From NCBI GenBank assembly GCA_002633005.1, contig NMRA01001075.1, positions 16,985 to 59,555 of the forward strand: a stretch of 42,571 bases of DNA, read 5' to 3'. The notes beneath the pieces were generated by a model. That model had not been told where the DNA came from. It was given only the letters and a program-made list of their open reading frames with translations, and did no database searches. Both the position numbers and the translations under genes were made by a program. The stretch comes from Phoronis australis. Taxonomy: Eukaryota; Animalia; Phoronida. Below are positions 1 through 12,560 of this stretch, piece after piece. Numbering within the stretch: the stretch's first letter is position 1; each line of letters starts with the position of its first letter.

Positions 1-309
1 TAGTAAAACATGTAATGTGAGTGTAATATTGTTCAATACAATGGCACTGATGGGACCATATTACTTGTTTTACAAAAAAGTCACCAAAACTGTTGTTTTT
101 ACAAATATAAGTTTACTAAGCTCTTTGGTGATTATTAGGTAACTTCAAACTCAAATTTCTCAAAAATGTGCAACTTTATATGTGGGAACTTTTTAGATTT
201 TGAAAACACTCTAATAAATGAATTAAAAAATACCAAAATAAAATTGCCCCCCTAAAGTACTCACAAAAACCATTTTCTAGAGGCCCTACAAAATCTGGCC
301 CACCGACTA
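1..309 (+). mobile_element. Right end of a second copy of the same Academ-like element
   Basis: Colinear direct repeat of about 12019-12327, ending ATCTGGCCCACCGACTA. Confidence 0.85.
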
Positions 310-345
310 TATGTGAGAAGGATTGACTTTGAAACTCAAGCTCAC

Positions 346-456
346 CACTTCGCACGTTGAAACGTCCTCAACTTGCTTGATACATGTAAAAGTAGAACTA
401 TCCAAGGACGTATAGATCTCTAGCGATTTCACAAACTGAAGAGAGTCCTTACGACC
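346..456 (-). CDS. Exon 12: F5/8 type C domain, second part; the gene continues beyond the window start
   Basis: Not in the ORF track. Acceptor tttttcccag|GGT, donor GTG|gtgagc, 111 nt, phase 0-0. Reads GRKDSLQFVKSLEIYTSLDSSTF..., completing IATK|GR...(W/F)VxS...SxD of FA58C. No stop codon is reached. Confidence 0.85.
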
Positions 457-1430
457 CTGGGAAAAATGAAATCAAATCAAATGAGATACAAGCAGAGCAA
501 TAACAAATACTTCTGATACTCCGTTTGCAGGTCTCTAAAATCGGGGGAATGTTATTTCTTGAACAAATGGTACAATGTACCTCGACGGTACTTGCGCCTA
601 CATGTGAACATAAACTTCACTTATTCTAGATCATCTTTGCTCTACGGAAGAAGTTAGTAAAACACCTTGCGCAATAGCAGGAGGTAGTGTTAAGCATTCA
701 GGTTGCTCCAAGATGAAGTTGGAAAGGACACGCAAAAGGGGACAAACCAAGGCAAATTCCTCCACAGCAACTTCGGTACAATATCATGCAGGGATTTGAA
801 AACAGTTAAAATAGTAGATACCGGTGCCCTTAAGTCGTGAATATACATTTAAGCAGAAAAAGCAGCTGATTGTCATACTACACAATTTCCGTCAGCAACT
901 GCTCATGTAATGGCATGGACATATATCAGCCTTCACAAATATACTGTACGTGTTTTGCCAATCTTAAACCTTGTTTGTCTCCGTAAGCAGAATTTGGAAA
1001 CGGTCCCTGATATCACCGGCCATTTTGAATGAGGATCTAAAGTCGTGACACTTTCGTTTAGACAGAAATGCACGACGTAAGCCCATACAAATCACCTACA
1101 GAGCTGACAGTTACTTTAGACGACATGAAAACGCACTGCATTGTTTATTAATTTTATGTGTGTTGCTCACAACTTCGATGTGTACAGACGTTTTCGATGA
1201 GGTTATTTATGTAACAGGCTAAGAACCCAGCATCAATTATTTCTCTGTACTTCATTGCTTTGGCTTACAAAATTATATTAATAAACTTGCCAATGATAGT
1301 AGCTCATATCTGTTAGTCTAATAACAAGCTAGAATCACGATGTGTCATCCAAAAAATTGTCAGCACTAATGAATGGGATTGTCCATCATAAAGATAACAT
1401 TTGGAAATTCCCGTATTCAAAATACAATAC

Positions 1431-1624
1431 CTTAGTAGCAATCAGAGTTATAACGAAGTCCACATTCAGGTCAACTTGAACATAGTCGTTTGATTCTTTG
1501 TTGGTACGTGTACACCATGCCCGGTCACTGTCCATGCGCAGTTTTGTCACGGGACAATGGTCGTGCGCAGATGATCCTGAAAAGGCATCATCCGGCAAGT
1601 CGTTCACAGTCAGCGCCCCATCAT
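1431..1624 (-). CDS. Exon 11: F5/8 type C (discoidin) domain, first part
   Basis: Acceptor ttcgaacag|AT, donor AAG|gtattg, 194 nt, phase 1-0. Reads LPDDAFSGSS...RAWC...DYVQVDL...ITLIATK. Confidence 0.88.
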
Positions 1625-3047
1625 CTGTTCGAAAGATTGTTAGAATGAAGAATTACGTAACAACGAAGCAGGACTAAAAATAAATACTGCAGGTTAGTTC
1701 ATAAAGTTTATGACTTAGCCAAAAAACACCAAAACAAGGTGAACGCAATTTTTGCTTAATTTGTACTTCTCAGCATAGGGGAACTCGTACGCTCACACTA
1801 TTATTTTGCACGCAAGTGAACGGGAATGCGTGCATTTTAAGCGTCATAGTTTCAAGCAAAGGTTTCGGCACGAAAAAGGCATGATGGCATCGTCCCAGGT
1901 TTAAGCGAGCTAGTCGTTATTCATGGGCTTGGCCGAATGTGCATAGGATGAGATAAATGCTGCCGTAACAAGGCCTGTGTTAAGCGTGAGAGTTTAAAAG
2001 TCAAAAAACGAACAATAAATACTGCAAACTACCAACATAACTATTTTTTAAATTGGTGCCGAAGCTTTGCCATCGTGAAAACAATAGACAGTCACACGGA
2101 TACACACTACTTATTGGCACATGCCTTGTCATGGGTATTGCTAGCGTCTTCTATAACAAATGCGCGATGTTGACCTTAAGAAGGCCTACAAAATCCAAGT
2201 TCACATCTTGTAGTTAAGGGGGCGTTACGGGTACAACCGCGGAAACGTGAGCACACGGACTAGATAAGTATGCCTTATCCTGGAAAGTCTGTATCCAATT
2301 AATTCCATAAAATCGTTGACGTCGATGCTGATAGAAACCTGGGTTAAAGGCTAAATCTCCAAGCTAAGTCGCGATTCAAATTCAGACTCAAAACTTAACC
2401 AGTCAGGTCTCACTGTTTGCGTATATGTACAAGTCTGCATGAAACTTCCCAACAAACTGGTCAATTTTGATTCGAGTTTCGAGTACAGAAACCAGACCCC
2501 AGTCACGGGAAAAGAAAACATTAAGCAAATTGAGGGCATTGGCGTATACGGTAGGAGGAATGTTTCATTTGTTTCCCAGATTGGAAACGGATTCTAAAAT
2601 ATATGACGAGCTACGAAAAATTGACCACAGGAATCCACCGAAAGGTGATAGAAGACTGTTCCGTCATGAAAGATTATAAAATAATCGCCATTGTCTACCG
2701 CAGAGAGGCCAGGAAATCAGTATCTTAACATTTTTAGAGGAAGCCGTAAAGCGTTACGGTCATGTCCCCTTGAGAATGTAATACTTTCACACGAATGTTC
2801 TTTAGACAGATCTGTCAGCATAGGTTGAGCAGAAAAGTTTACAAATGCCTATAGTCGGAAAAAATACAACTATTCGTTGCAGAGTGGAAATCCGATAAGG
2901 TGCGAGTTAGAGAAAGAAAGGAGGCATGAGGCCTACAGTACCAATGTGCAGTGATGCAGCCACACGTTACCAAGCCAATTGCATGATATCCTTTGGGTTA
3001 CCTACAGGTATATGTAAGATCCCGTATCCACCCCTGTGATTACTTAC

Positions 3048-3271
3048 AAATTTGCTCTTTTTCACAAAGAATCAGTCTCGTCACATTGCAGTTATCAGAT
3101 CCTACGCTGCACGTGTTGTTTGTCGTATTCGTGCAGCCAAAGGTGGCGCAATGATCTGCGTTGACATGTTGATAGACGTCGCCAGAGACGTTCATCCAAT
3201 CATAGGCGTCCCCGGAATGTGGAAAGCTCAGCCAGTATGGTTGTATTTCTTCATTTTTAGCAATGGCGGTT
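3048..3271 (-). CDS. Exon 10: C-type lectin domain 2, C-terminal half (degenerate sugar site)
   Basis: Acceptor gtgcgcag|A (upstream AGs give in-frame stops), donor TTT|gtaagt, 224 nt, phase 2-1. Reads PYWLSF...DHCATFGC...DNCNVTRLILCEK. No EPN/QPD or WND motif. Confidence 0.78.
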
Positions 3272-3348
3272 CTGCGCACAATTCGGCAATGTATTACACA
3301 AATCAAAGTGCACCAAGGCTGTTAAACTGAAAAGTTATCCACTGGATA

Positions 3349-3600
3349 ACGTGCACGCACCCGGGGGAGGGGGCTGGGGGGCTCGCACGAGCGCCCATTT
3401 GGCGAAGTGGGCAAAAAGGTCCGCCTCAAAAAAACAAAAAGTCCGAAAAGGTAGAAAACATAGGTCCACTAAAAAGGAAGGAACTACCGAAATTCGGCGA
3501 ATGCACAATTAATAGTACTGAACGTACCCACTTAGGTAGAAGACCCACATTTTATATAAATATTCGAGCCCCCATCTTTTAGGCCGGGTGCACGTACATG
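3349..3600. mobile_element. Decayed MITE
   Basis: Imperfect TIR GTGCACGCACCCGG...CCGGGTGCACGTAC with a G-rich left and C-rich right subterminal layout. Confidence 0.45.
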
Positions 3601-4124
3601 TATCGCTTGATTGTTGAACGCCACCAAGTGCATTGTTCAGTATTTCCGAAACGAAACCAATAATGCAGTATAGGCGTTACTATCCAGCGTATAACATTTA
3701 TCCAACCAAGTCCAGCGTATGAAATATGCTCAGTTATTTTTAGGCAATTACCGATGACAAAAACTGCCAGGCAGACCTATCATAAAGTGAATACACTGAA
3801 TAATACTGTGATCAACTATTCTTGAAGAAAGAGGCTTTGATTCAAGCGTACGTCACATAAGTTGCATAAGCACGTTCTGATTATTTAGTTTTCTTCGGTA
3901 ATTCAGTGTTCTATTCAATGTGCATGCAAATTCATAAATACCTGCAAAGTATAACAAAAGCATCCACATTTCATCAGCAAGCTATAGGTTCCTGATGTGT
4001 AGTGTTCACTTGTATTTATCCTTGGAACTCCAGTTTTATTCGAGGCGTACTTTTTGGAAACCCACCCTTTCAGACAATGGGAGCTATACATAGCCAAACA
4101 TTTAAGGTAAACGCCTCCACCTAC

Positions 4125-4293
4125 CGATTTATTAACTCCTGGACATTCTGTTGTTCGCTGTAGTTATTGATGAACGCAAGGTGGCTGTTGCGCATATCAC
4201 AAAACTCTTTGGCCATTTCATGTCTGTCATATTTTGACGTAACCGCGTAGCAACCCACGTTGGCGAAAATCCATCCCGGTGGACAGCCATCGC
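4125..4293 (-). CDS. Exon 9: C-type lectin domain 2, N-terminal half
   Basis: Not in the ORF track. Acceptor cttaccag|GC, donor TCG|gtaggt, 169 nt, phase 1-2. Reads DGCPPGWIFANVGCYAVTSKYDRHEMAKEFCDMRNSHLAFINNYSEQQNVQELIN. Confidence 0.9.
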
Positions 4294-4637
4294 CTGGTAA
4301 GTGAAATTTCTATTTTAGCAGTAGTATGTCTAAAGAATACGATATATTTCACAAATGTAATTGCACGTTTTGGAGTTGTTCAAAAAAGAAACTTATTATC
4401 CAATTTATACGCAAATAACACATTCCCTAGTGGCGGATGATTAGGAGACAGCAAGCCTTGTCCCGTGAAATTGTTCCAAAAGTTTGTTGATTAAAGTCCC
4501 CATGTGGGTAACAAGGGATTTCTCAAAGGGAAATCTGACATACAGTTAAAAAACCCTGGTTTTCATAAACAAAAATTCAGGATTCCCCCTGTTAATCGCA
4601 AAAGCGCAAAAATAAGGCCTTTTGGTGGCGCACTTAC

Positions 4638-4913
4638 CTAAAATGCACTGGAATTCTAAGTGTGTGTAGCTGTCGTTTTTGGACACAGCACTAGAATGAG
4701 CATCTTTGTCCAACCAAGTGATATTGTTAAAAGTGCACGTTTGCGTTGCCGCTTGGTAATCTGCCGATTTGCACAGTGTGTCGTTATGGCATTCAATAGC
4801 GCAGTCGGCTTCACTGGATATGTTGTTTAGAGTGTACACTTCGTAGCCAGTTAGGTGTCTGTTATCTGAAGACACCAGTTGTAGTTGCAGGCCATTCGTT
4901 AAATCACACAATC
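4638..4913 (-). CDS. Exon 8: PAN/apple domain 3
   Basis: Acceptor gttttcag|GA, donor TAG|gtaagt, 276 nt, phase 1-1. Reads ADCAIECHNDTLCKSADYQAATQTCTF...HLEFQC. Confidence 0.9.
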
Positions 4914-5214
4914 CTGAAAACAAGAACCGTCTCTACATGTAATTGAAATAGCTCTCACTCGGCGACTGCTCGAATGCTTTCAGCAACCATAGCATCGGTG
5001 GATAACAAAGTCCAAAAACTTCATGTTTCATCAGGTGTTAGCTTTGTTTTATACACTGCTAGAGAAGCAACTGCAAACGAATAACTTGTAGATTTAATGT
5101 CGAACAGCTGATCTGTCTCATTGTACATTACCACAAAAAGTAATCTATGGGGGATTAATGTCAAAAGCCACAAGTCTCGATGACCTGGAATGACGTTCTC
5201 CACTCTATTAGTAC

Positions 5215-5421
5215 CTGGATCGGGAATGTACTGCAGTCTTTCCAAGGATGGACATAGGCAATGTTGAACTTCTGTCTCGGCTGATCCGCTGCAAGATTGT
5301 CCGGTACTTGGCGCTGGATTGTTGCAGAGCTTTGAACGAGTTCGGTTCCCACAGGGGGTACATTGTTTCTCCCATGGACCAAAGTTTTCCGACCAGCCGC
5401 CTGGTGTCGCAACCGTGTTAG
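5215..5421 (-). CDS. Exon 7: thrombospondin type-1 (TSP1) repeat
   Basis: Not represented in the correct frame in the ORF track. Acceptor ccttgtag|CT, donor CAG|gtacta, 207 nt, phase 1-1. Reads PGGWSENFGPWEKQCTPCGNRTRSKLCNNPAPSTGQSCSGSAETEVQHCLCP. An alternative phase-1 donor lies 30 nt further on. Confidence 0.88.
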
Positions 5422-5649
5422 CTACAAGGAAATATTTGACGCAGTAAAACCTTAAGATCAGTCATAAGTTACAGCAAGCAATGAAAATTTCATCACAACG
5501 AAATCTGGACGAGCAGACACACGCAGATACTATTGAGGAGATGGAATTTTTGGAAAAAAATTAGGATGAGAAGGACGCAGACCTAGAAGACAAAGGGGGA
5601 AAAGAAGGACAACATTGTTCGTCGTCACTGTGTCACCGTGTAATTGAAC

Positions 5650-5900
5650 AAGGTGACGACAAACAAACCGACGACGAAAATTGTGATGATGTAAATGAAA
5701 GTTATGACATTGATCATGGCTTTGATGATTATGGTGATGATGATGATGATGACGATGATGATGATGATGGTGATTATTGATGATTGGTGATGTCCGTGAT
5801 CGGAGCGAGGACGATGACATTAGAAACGACGACGATGACGACGGTGATGGTTATGAAAATAATGACAATAAATCTGTCTGATATACAAGTAGTGATGATG
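5650..5900. repeat. (GAT)n/(GAC)n degenerate trinucleotide tract
   Basis: Visible directly; it explains the His-rich spurious ORFs. Confidence 0.9.
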
Positions 5901-6250
5901 AAATGAAATATAGCGAATTAGATAACAACCCGATGAATTGACAACACCCCGGCACGGGCCAAACACAGCACACAACACAGTTTTTTTTCCAACCGGTAGG
6001 AAATTAGTCGACGACCAGCAGCCGACCAACAACGGTCTGCTGGGAGCCGTCTGCTGAATCGCCTCTGTGGTCGGCACTTGAGTCCGATTCGGATTATGCG
6101 TATTCTTGGTCGGCAATTACCATTTTATGACTTAGTGGGTAAACTTTGGCCAAACCGTACGGTGCACCATTACTAAGCAGATAAAACCAGGAGATGGGAA
6201 ACTGGGAAGGCACGTTCAATGTCAACAAGCAAATAACGTTTGACACCTAC

Positions 6251-6492
6251 CGTCCGACTCACACAAGAAGTATGACATCTGTGAGCAGTCATGGTCCTCC
6301 CAGTTACACTCGCTTTTGCACGTGGCCACCACGCACGCATTTGTGGCATCGTTGGGCTCATTAGGTTGCCAAGGTAGATACAACGCAGTTTCCCCGTCAT
6401 CAAACTGCCAGTTTCTTCCGACAGTTGATGAGTCGAGGTCCGTTAAGCCAATCAATACGTTTTCCTTGGAAACAGAATGCAAGGTCGAAATG
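6251..6492 (-). CDS. Exon 6: C-type lectin domain 1, C-terminal half (EPN motif)
   Basis: Acceptor ttttcag|C, donor ACG|gtaggt, 242 nt, phase 2-1. Reads VLIGLTD...WQFDDG...PWQPNEPND...CVV...WEDHDC...FLCE. Confidence 0.92.
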
Positions 6493-7109
6493 CTGAAAAT
6501 TTGAAAATCTGCAATCAATTGCACCTAAAAGGGTAAGCAACATCATGTCACTTTAAAATCCCATTTTCACTTCGAAGAGAGAATTTTTTCGGACTATCAT
6601 TTTACACATACGTTATTTCTCACACTACCTGAAATGTGTTACGACAGGACTGTTTAATAACACCTAGTACATTTTTTTGATATCACATGGGCAAATCACA
6701 AAATAGTGCAAAGGAGAAACCCATACGCCTTACATTTTATCGTCTGGAAAACGCTAAAACAAACAAACGAGCGCCAACTGAGGAATGTCGGAATTTCCGA
6801 AAAGTTGACATGGTTATTGTTGAAAAATCAATTGTCACAACTGTACGTATTCCCAATCTGAAGGAAATGCAAACAACTTCTTCAGCGGACTCAATTTCAG
6901 CGGCGAATTCCATATCCACGTTCATTGCAACGGGGAACAAACTTCATCTCAAAAAACGCGGTGAGACTGTTAAGCTGTGCTTTCTCAAGGTCTATTCAGT
7001 CCTTACGTTCGTGGAAGCCCCGCTGACTGATTTATAAAAATTTGTTAGGTTGTAATTTTACAAATTCAAAGACCATTTATTAGATTCTTATTAATTGCAT
7101 ATTGACAAT

Positions 7110-7393
7110 TCTTAAGTTTAAAATAAAACTGTTAACAAAAAGTAACTGAGTTTACTTCAGATTGCGTAAGGGTGTTTTTACAAAAATGGCGTCAAGTGGT
7201 GAAAGTTATAGACACGTCGAGTTTTGCGGCAAAAAAGATCGTTTTTACGGTTCATGTGAGAAAACAAATCCTACACTGTCTTAAGTTTATGGCAAGGGAA
7301 AACCTCTTGGTAATTTCGTCAAAATCACGAGGCCTACCTCGTGATTTTGACGAAATTTCCAAGAGGTTTTCCCCATGTCATATACTTGAGACT
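7110..7393. repeat. Dispersed repeat containing a long palindrome; inverted homolog at about 31028-31260
   Basis: The reverse complement of about 7110-7318 aligns by eye with about 31028-31260. 7296-7332 and 7337-7373 form a 37-bp stem with one mismatch. Confidence 0.8.
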
Positions 7394-8934
7394 CGTCTGT
7401 CAGTGATTTTTGACAATTATTATCCAATTCTCCAAGTAATGATGTTATTTCAGTGAATTTAACTTCAGCCTGAGTTGAAAGAACTCTGTAATCCGATCCC
7501 CAAATAGTAAAGTACACTTAGAAGATTTGCGCATATCTAAAATTAATCTCAAAGGCATTGAAGGAATTAAGACTCACAAACCGTAGATTAAAAAAAGTTT
7601 TATTTAAAAGTCATTAAATAAGTATAACTAGATTCATTGCTTCGAAAGGTTGTCTTTGTACTTCCTTGGTGTTTTTAATTTCAAACAGTATTGAGTAATG
7701 AATTTTTCTTCTTCAAAAGTGAAGTGTTTGCTTGACTAATTGACGTGTACGTCTTGACTGACGCACCCACGTTAAAAAAATGTGAACATGCCGTAGGTCC
7801 ACGTACAATCTCAGTGATCCACGGGAACTGAACTTCAGGCGTTGAAGTACATGTACATGTGTGTACGCTTTTATGAAGCACTCTGTATCATTTTCCTCAA
7901 CCACCAGATACTTGCCCGCCGGTAGTGTTTCAACGAGGGATTTTGAAACAGCCCCAAAGGCACTGTAGCAGTACACCACCTTTACAAAAAACTCCTTCAA
8001 AGAATGACCATGATAAAATATAGTTTTCACGATAGTGGATGACAATCAAACGAACCTTGACCTCGGACACAACACAGACGGCAGGCACGAGTTCTCTGTC
8101 TCCAGTGAATCATAGCTAAGCTGACAACTAACTAGGTTTAGTTCATCAGGAATTTCGTATTTTAACACTGTTAGATCTCAGCTACAGCTACTTGAGGCAG
8201 ATTTGCCAGGGTTATTTTTCTCTACAGATGATAACGATTATCTTATTAAGAGAAAATACAGAATAGTTGTTCTTACGTAACAATTGTTCTTCACGTAGGT
8301 AGTTGCGATATGTCAATGGCTCAACTGTAAACAGAATGATCGTGATCGTCTTCTCTCACCAAATTTTGTTGGTGACGAAAGCAGACAGAGGTTTCTCCAT
8401 TTGGAATAATTACAATGAGCAGAGGTCAACAGATAAGACACCAACAAGGACACGTGGTAGACCTTGGTCACGCATAACAAATATGACGACTAGCTTAGAT
8501 CATGAAATGTAATTGATTTTTTTTGGAGAATCAGCACAAGATGAGTACGGGGTTCAACCACCTTAAAACGCACGACATTTTGGTGCTTTATTTACACGCA
8601 TGAAAATACAATTTCTGGGTTATCTTGAAGTACTTTTCTTTGATTAACAAGGGATTTCCCTTTTCAGTCCGTGGACCAGTAGAAATTAAAGGAGAATGTC
8701 CCGGAAAAACGCCCGCATTTTGAGTTCTTTGTCACTTCCATTCAGTCGCAATCGTTTTTAGTAGCGGTTAGTAAGTAGTGTTTAAAGCTACATGATTGAA
8801 CGGAGGGTCATAATATTGGCCGTTTTACTTGACCGTTTCATGGGTAACAGTAACAATGATTGGAAATGCTGTGACCTTACCAGCCATGATTCCCAGAACA
8901 TACAAGCGACAATTTTTCAGTCTCAAAAACTTAC

Positions 8935-9115
8935 ACATTCATGACTGCCACTACAGCACTTCTCGAAGATTCGCTTTTAATGAAGGCTAAGTGAGCGTCT
9001 CTTCGTTCACAGAACGCTTTAGCGCTAGAGTAGGGTAGGGCCAGAGGAAAGCTCGCGCTGAAGATGAAACAGTTGCCGTTGGTAGCTTTGTACATGTGTG
9101 GCGGACAGGCGCCAT
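8935..9115 (-). CDS. Exon 5: C-type lectin domain 1, N-terminal half
   Basis: Acceptor caaacag|AT, donor TGT|gtaagt, 181 nt, phase 1-2. Reads GACPPHMYKATNGNCFIF...AKAFCERRDAHLAFIKS, a typical long-form CTLD start. Confidence 0.88.
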
Positions 9116-9346
9116 CTGTTTGTGAAGAAAGAATTAAAATAATACTAGATTTAAAAGTCTTTAAACACAAATCGCCATATACATGTACATGATTCATGTG
9201 TTGTGCAACTAAATCTGATAAAAATCCACTCCTGTCTACAGCACTTAGTACTTAGTACTTAGCGTGCATGTCAACCATTTTTCCAGGTAGCATTGCTATG
9301 GACTGACAAACTTTAACAAAGCGTGCAATTTGACCTTGTAGTCGTG

Positions 9347-12327
9347 TAGTCGATGGGCCAGATCCCATAGCGTTCATCCTTGTGAGTACCTTGGGGGGGG
9401 GGGCAACTTAGCTTTTTCTATGTGGCTAGATAATATACCTATAAATCAAATTCCAAAAAGTTCCCACGTCTGCACTTGCACATTTTTTTTAAAAAAAGTG
9501 TTTTTGTTGCACAAAATATTATGCACATTCCTGCCACTTGGTGGCGCTTTTCTATTGAATTGAGAGCCAGATTGAATTGTCTTGCTTAGTTACTTCAATA
9601 TGGCTGCGCCCTTGGAGTATGATGTCTGGATCATTCAAGGTTTATCAAACAGCACAAAATTGTGATGCCAGAACCTGAAGAAGCTTAGGGAAGCATCCTG
9701 ACGAAAGCTGATGGACTGTGGAAGTCTGTAGATCAGTAGATCAAAAGGAACTACAGGTGTCACAAACGTTTGTGCAGAAAACAGCTGCATGTCCTGGTAC
9801 AGCCTATACACAGTATACTGCTGTAGAAGACCAAGCGTCAGACCAAAAATTGAAAGGACATAGAAGGGCATAGCAACATTTCAAGACACCAGCAGTAGTA
9901 CTAATGCTGAAGCTGCTGAAAGTGATACAGATGTTACCCAAAATTTCCCAAGAAAATCAATTAGACTTCCAAAATCTGAAACACCCGATTAACCTGAACA
10001 AGATGGGAACATTCTGAAACACGAGTGCATTATTTGTTAGCAGGAAAAGTATATTATGGATCACATTTCAAGAAAGAGAAAGAAGTAAAAACTTGATAGC
10101 TTTGAAAGACAGGTCCATGTACGTATTGTCGAAAGGTACATCTTGGTGTTTTCCAAGTGTGTTTCAATGTTATCCCCAGTTGTTTTTTAACTTGTTCAGC
10201 CCCTTGGCTGCCTAGGCCTTAGACAATCCCTCTGACCCAGTAGAGCCTGTGATCATATCATAGGTACTCCATATGCCGGATGCTTTTCGGCAAATTATGC
10301 ATCACACTGGTTAAACCATGAGTCATGTTCCAATAAGTTTAGGAGTAACGCGTAGAGATGTGCCTCTGAGGAAGCCGTTAATGTATTCATTTGTTCCCAG
10401 TTTAAACAAATACTCCTGCAATCCTGTTTTTCGAACTCACTTGTTCAGTTGCCATATCGACACGGCTTGCGCCAAAGGATAATCGTATGGCGTTCTACTG
10501 TGGGTGTGATTTTACGCACTTTACATTTAAATTTTTGAGAAGGTTCAATGGAGTAGATGGTTGCAACCAACATGCCCAAGTGGCCTTCAACCCCTGCCGT
10601 AATTCTGGGGTAAGGGTAACCTCTTCTCATTTTCTGTAAACTTTAATTACTTAGGTAGCTTCAATGGTACTTAAATTAAAGTTGTAATTTGGGGACCGTG
10701 GAAGCCACTGTCGATTTCATCGAGCATTGATTACCTTAAGTGTAAATCGATTGACTATGGTATGAGCATCTGATTTAAAAATTAACTTTCAATCACTGCA
10801 CTGGTATATCAGCTGAATTATTTTCAATTGCATCAACTAATCTAATTATTAGATGATCAACATTTGTAGGCGACTGATCTGACGGCATGTAAATTTGTTA
10901 GGCTGGTGGTGGATCAGTTTCTGATAAGTCCGTCTGAGAAATTTGCATGCGAACTCACTCATTGTAAAATGTTAAATTAGTCTTAACATTTCGGGTTTTT
11001 TCAGTTGGACTTGTGTCGCAAGCAACATCTCCGTCCAGGGCCCTGAATATGAAAATGAACTTCAAAGACAAAGACCTTGTTTCGTAGAAGCCAAGTACTA
11101 CAGATCATCATGCTATAAAAATAGAAATACAAAGATTGTGAACAGTGACAAATCCACAGTTTTCAGAGATGTTTTCTACAGTTTTGTTTGGAGTTCATTG
11201 AATCAAAGCTTCTAACACATGGAGATGTCATTTGCCTTTTTCAAAACTAAAGTAAGGCTTTTAAGCTGTTCTTCAGAAAGCTGTTGTGCATGAAGTTATT
11301 TGGACAGAAACGACTGTTGAAGCTACTCAGTGTTTTAGTTTGTGCCCGACTAAGAGATACGAAAGTGAATTGAGGCTAGTGTTCAATAATTCACTTGCTG
11401 ACTCTAATTAACACAGCCCATTATGGCATATTTTGAATCAAAAGTTTGCCCAAGAACATGTGTGCTGAGAAACTGAGTTTGTGCTGCAATGCTGGGTCAA
11501 ACTGTACAGAAATGTGCAGCTGTGACAAATGTAGTAACATCAACAACACTGACTGCATAACAGTGGATAGTTCCTTGACAAGTCAACCCTAAATAGGCCT
11601 CCAACCCCGTTATTTCGTTTTTTGTACTAAACAGTGAATTTTATGAGTTGATTAAGTCATACAAAGTACGTTCTTTGGTCATTGTTATGTATTTGTCTTA
11701 TACTGCTTGATAAACGCTGTCAGAATAATCTATTATTTTTACAGTCTGTGTGCACATTCACAGAGATCATTCAACTATATTGTTTTTGTACTATAACGTA
11801 TTTCTGGTGTATTATGCAAACAAGCTGTATTTTACACCATTAGTCAATGGTTCAGTCATTGAGGCACAAACTGTGCCCAGTCTCAAGTGTTTTGTGTTAT
11901 TTTTGTTGCCAGACAATGCCCGAATAACCTCCTAGTAACATTCAGACTTAGTTTGAATTTCTGCCACTAGGTATCACTTTACATTTTTTAAATTTCACTG
12001 TTTACAATTATTCTACAATAGTAAAACATGTAATGTGAATGTATTATTGTTCAATACAATGACATCGATGGGTCCATGTTACTTGCTTTACAAAAAAGAT
12101 AGCAAAAAAACTATTGTTTTCACAAATATAAGTTCTCTTAGCTCTATGATGGTTATTCTGCAACTTCAAACTCAAATTTCTCAAAAATGTGCAACTTAAA
12201 ACGAGGCAACTTTTTAGATTTTGAAAACACTCTAGTAAATGAATTAAAAAACACCAAAAAATTGCCCCTCCCCCAACCACTCACAAACCATTTTCTAGAA
12301 GGCCTACAAATTCTGGCTCACCGCCTA
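9347..12327 (+). mobile_element. Academ (AcademX)-like DNA transposon, internally deleted and non-autonomous
   Basis: Termini TAGTCGATGGGCCAGA...TCTGGCTCACCGCCTA, imperfect inverted similarity over about 140 nt, and a 3-bp flanking duplication GTG (9344-9346 and 12328-12330). Decayed coding remnants: ECIIC (about 10023), KDLV..EAKY...CY (about 11065-11120) and a Cys cluster CCNAGSNCTEMCSCDKCSN (about 11480-11540). Confidence 0.75.
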
Positions 12328-12560
12328 GTGGTGGTGCACGGGCAAAATCTCTCGCTTCCACCCCCCCCCCCCCTCACCTTCCTGGTCGCCACAACATCTT
12401 ATCTACGGCCCTCACAACTACTCCCCCTAGTTAATATTATACAATAGAACGTTGCATAGCCCTAGATATATTTTGCATGAATTTTCAATGAAATAACGAA
12501 GCGGTTCAGGAAAAAGCATAAAATTTTCACAATGCTAGTGCTTGGCACTGCAGCAAACGC

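Noticed and set aside
5021-5412. Listed ORFs 5161-5412 and 5021-5245 as genes
   Set aside because: The first is the wrong frame over the TSP1 exon. The second is only the exon's tail plus intron read-through.
5530-6116. His-rich ORFs
   Set aside because: They are translations of the intronic (GAT)n microsatellite, and no splice-consistent exon is needed there.
7681-8045. ORFs in the intron between the CTL1 halves
   Set aside because: Exons 5 and 6 already join into a complete domain, and these peptides show no reliable motif.
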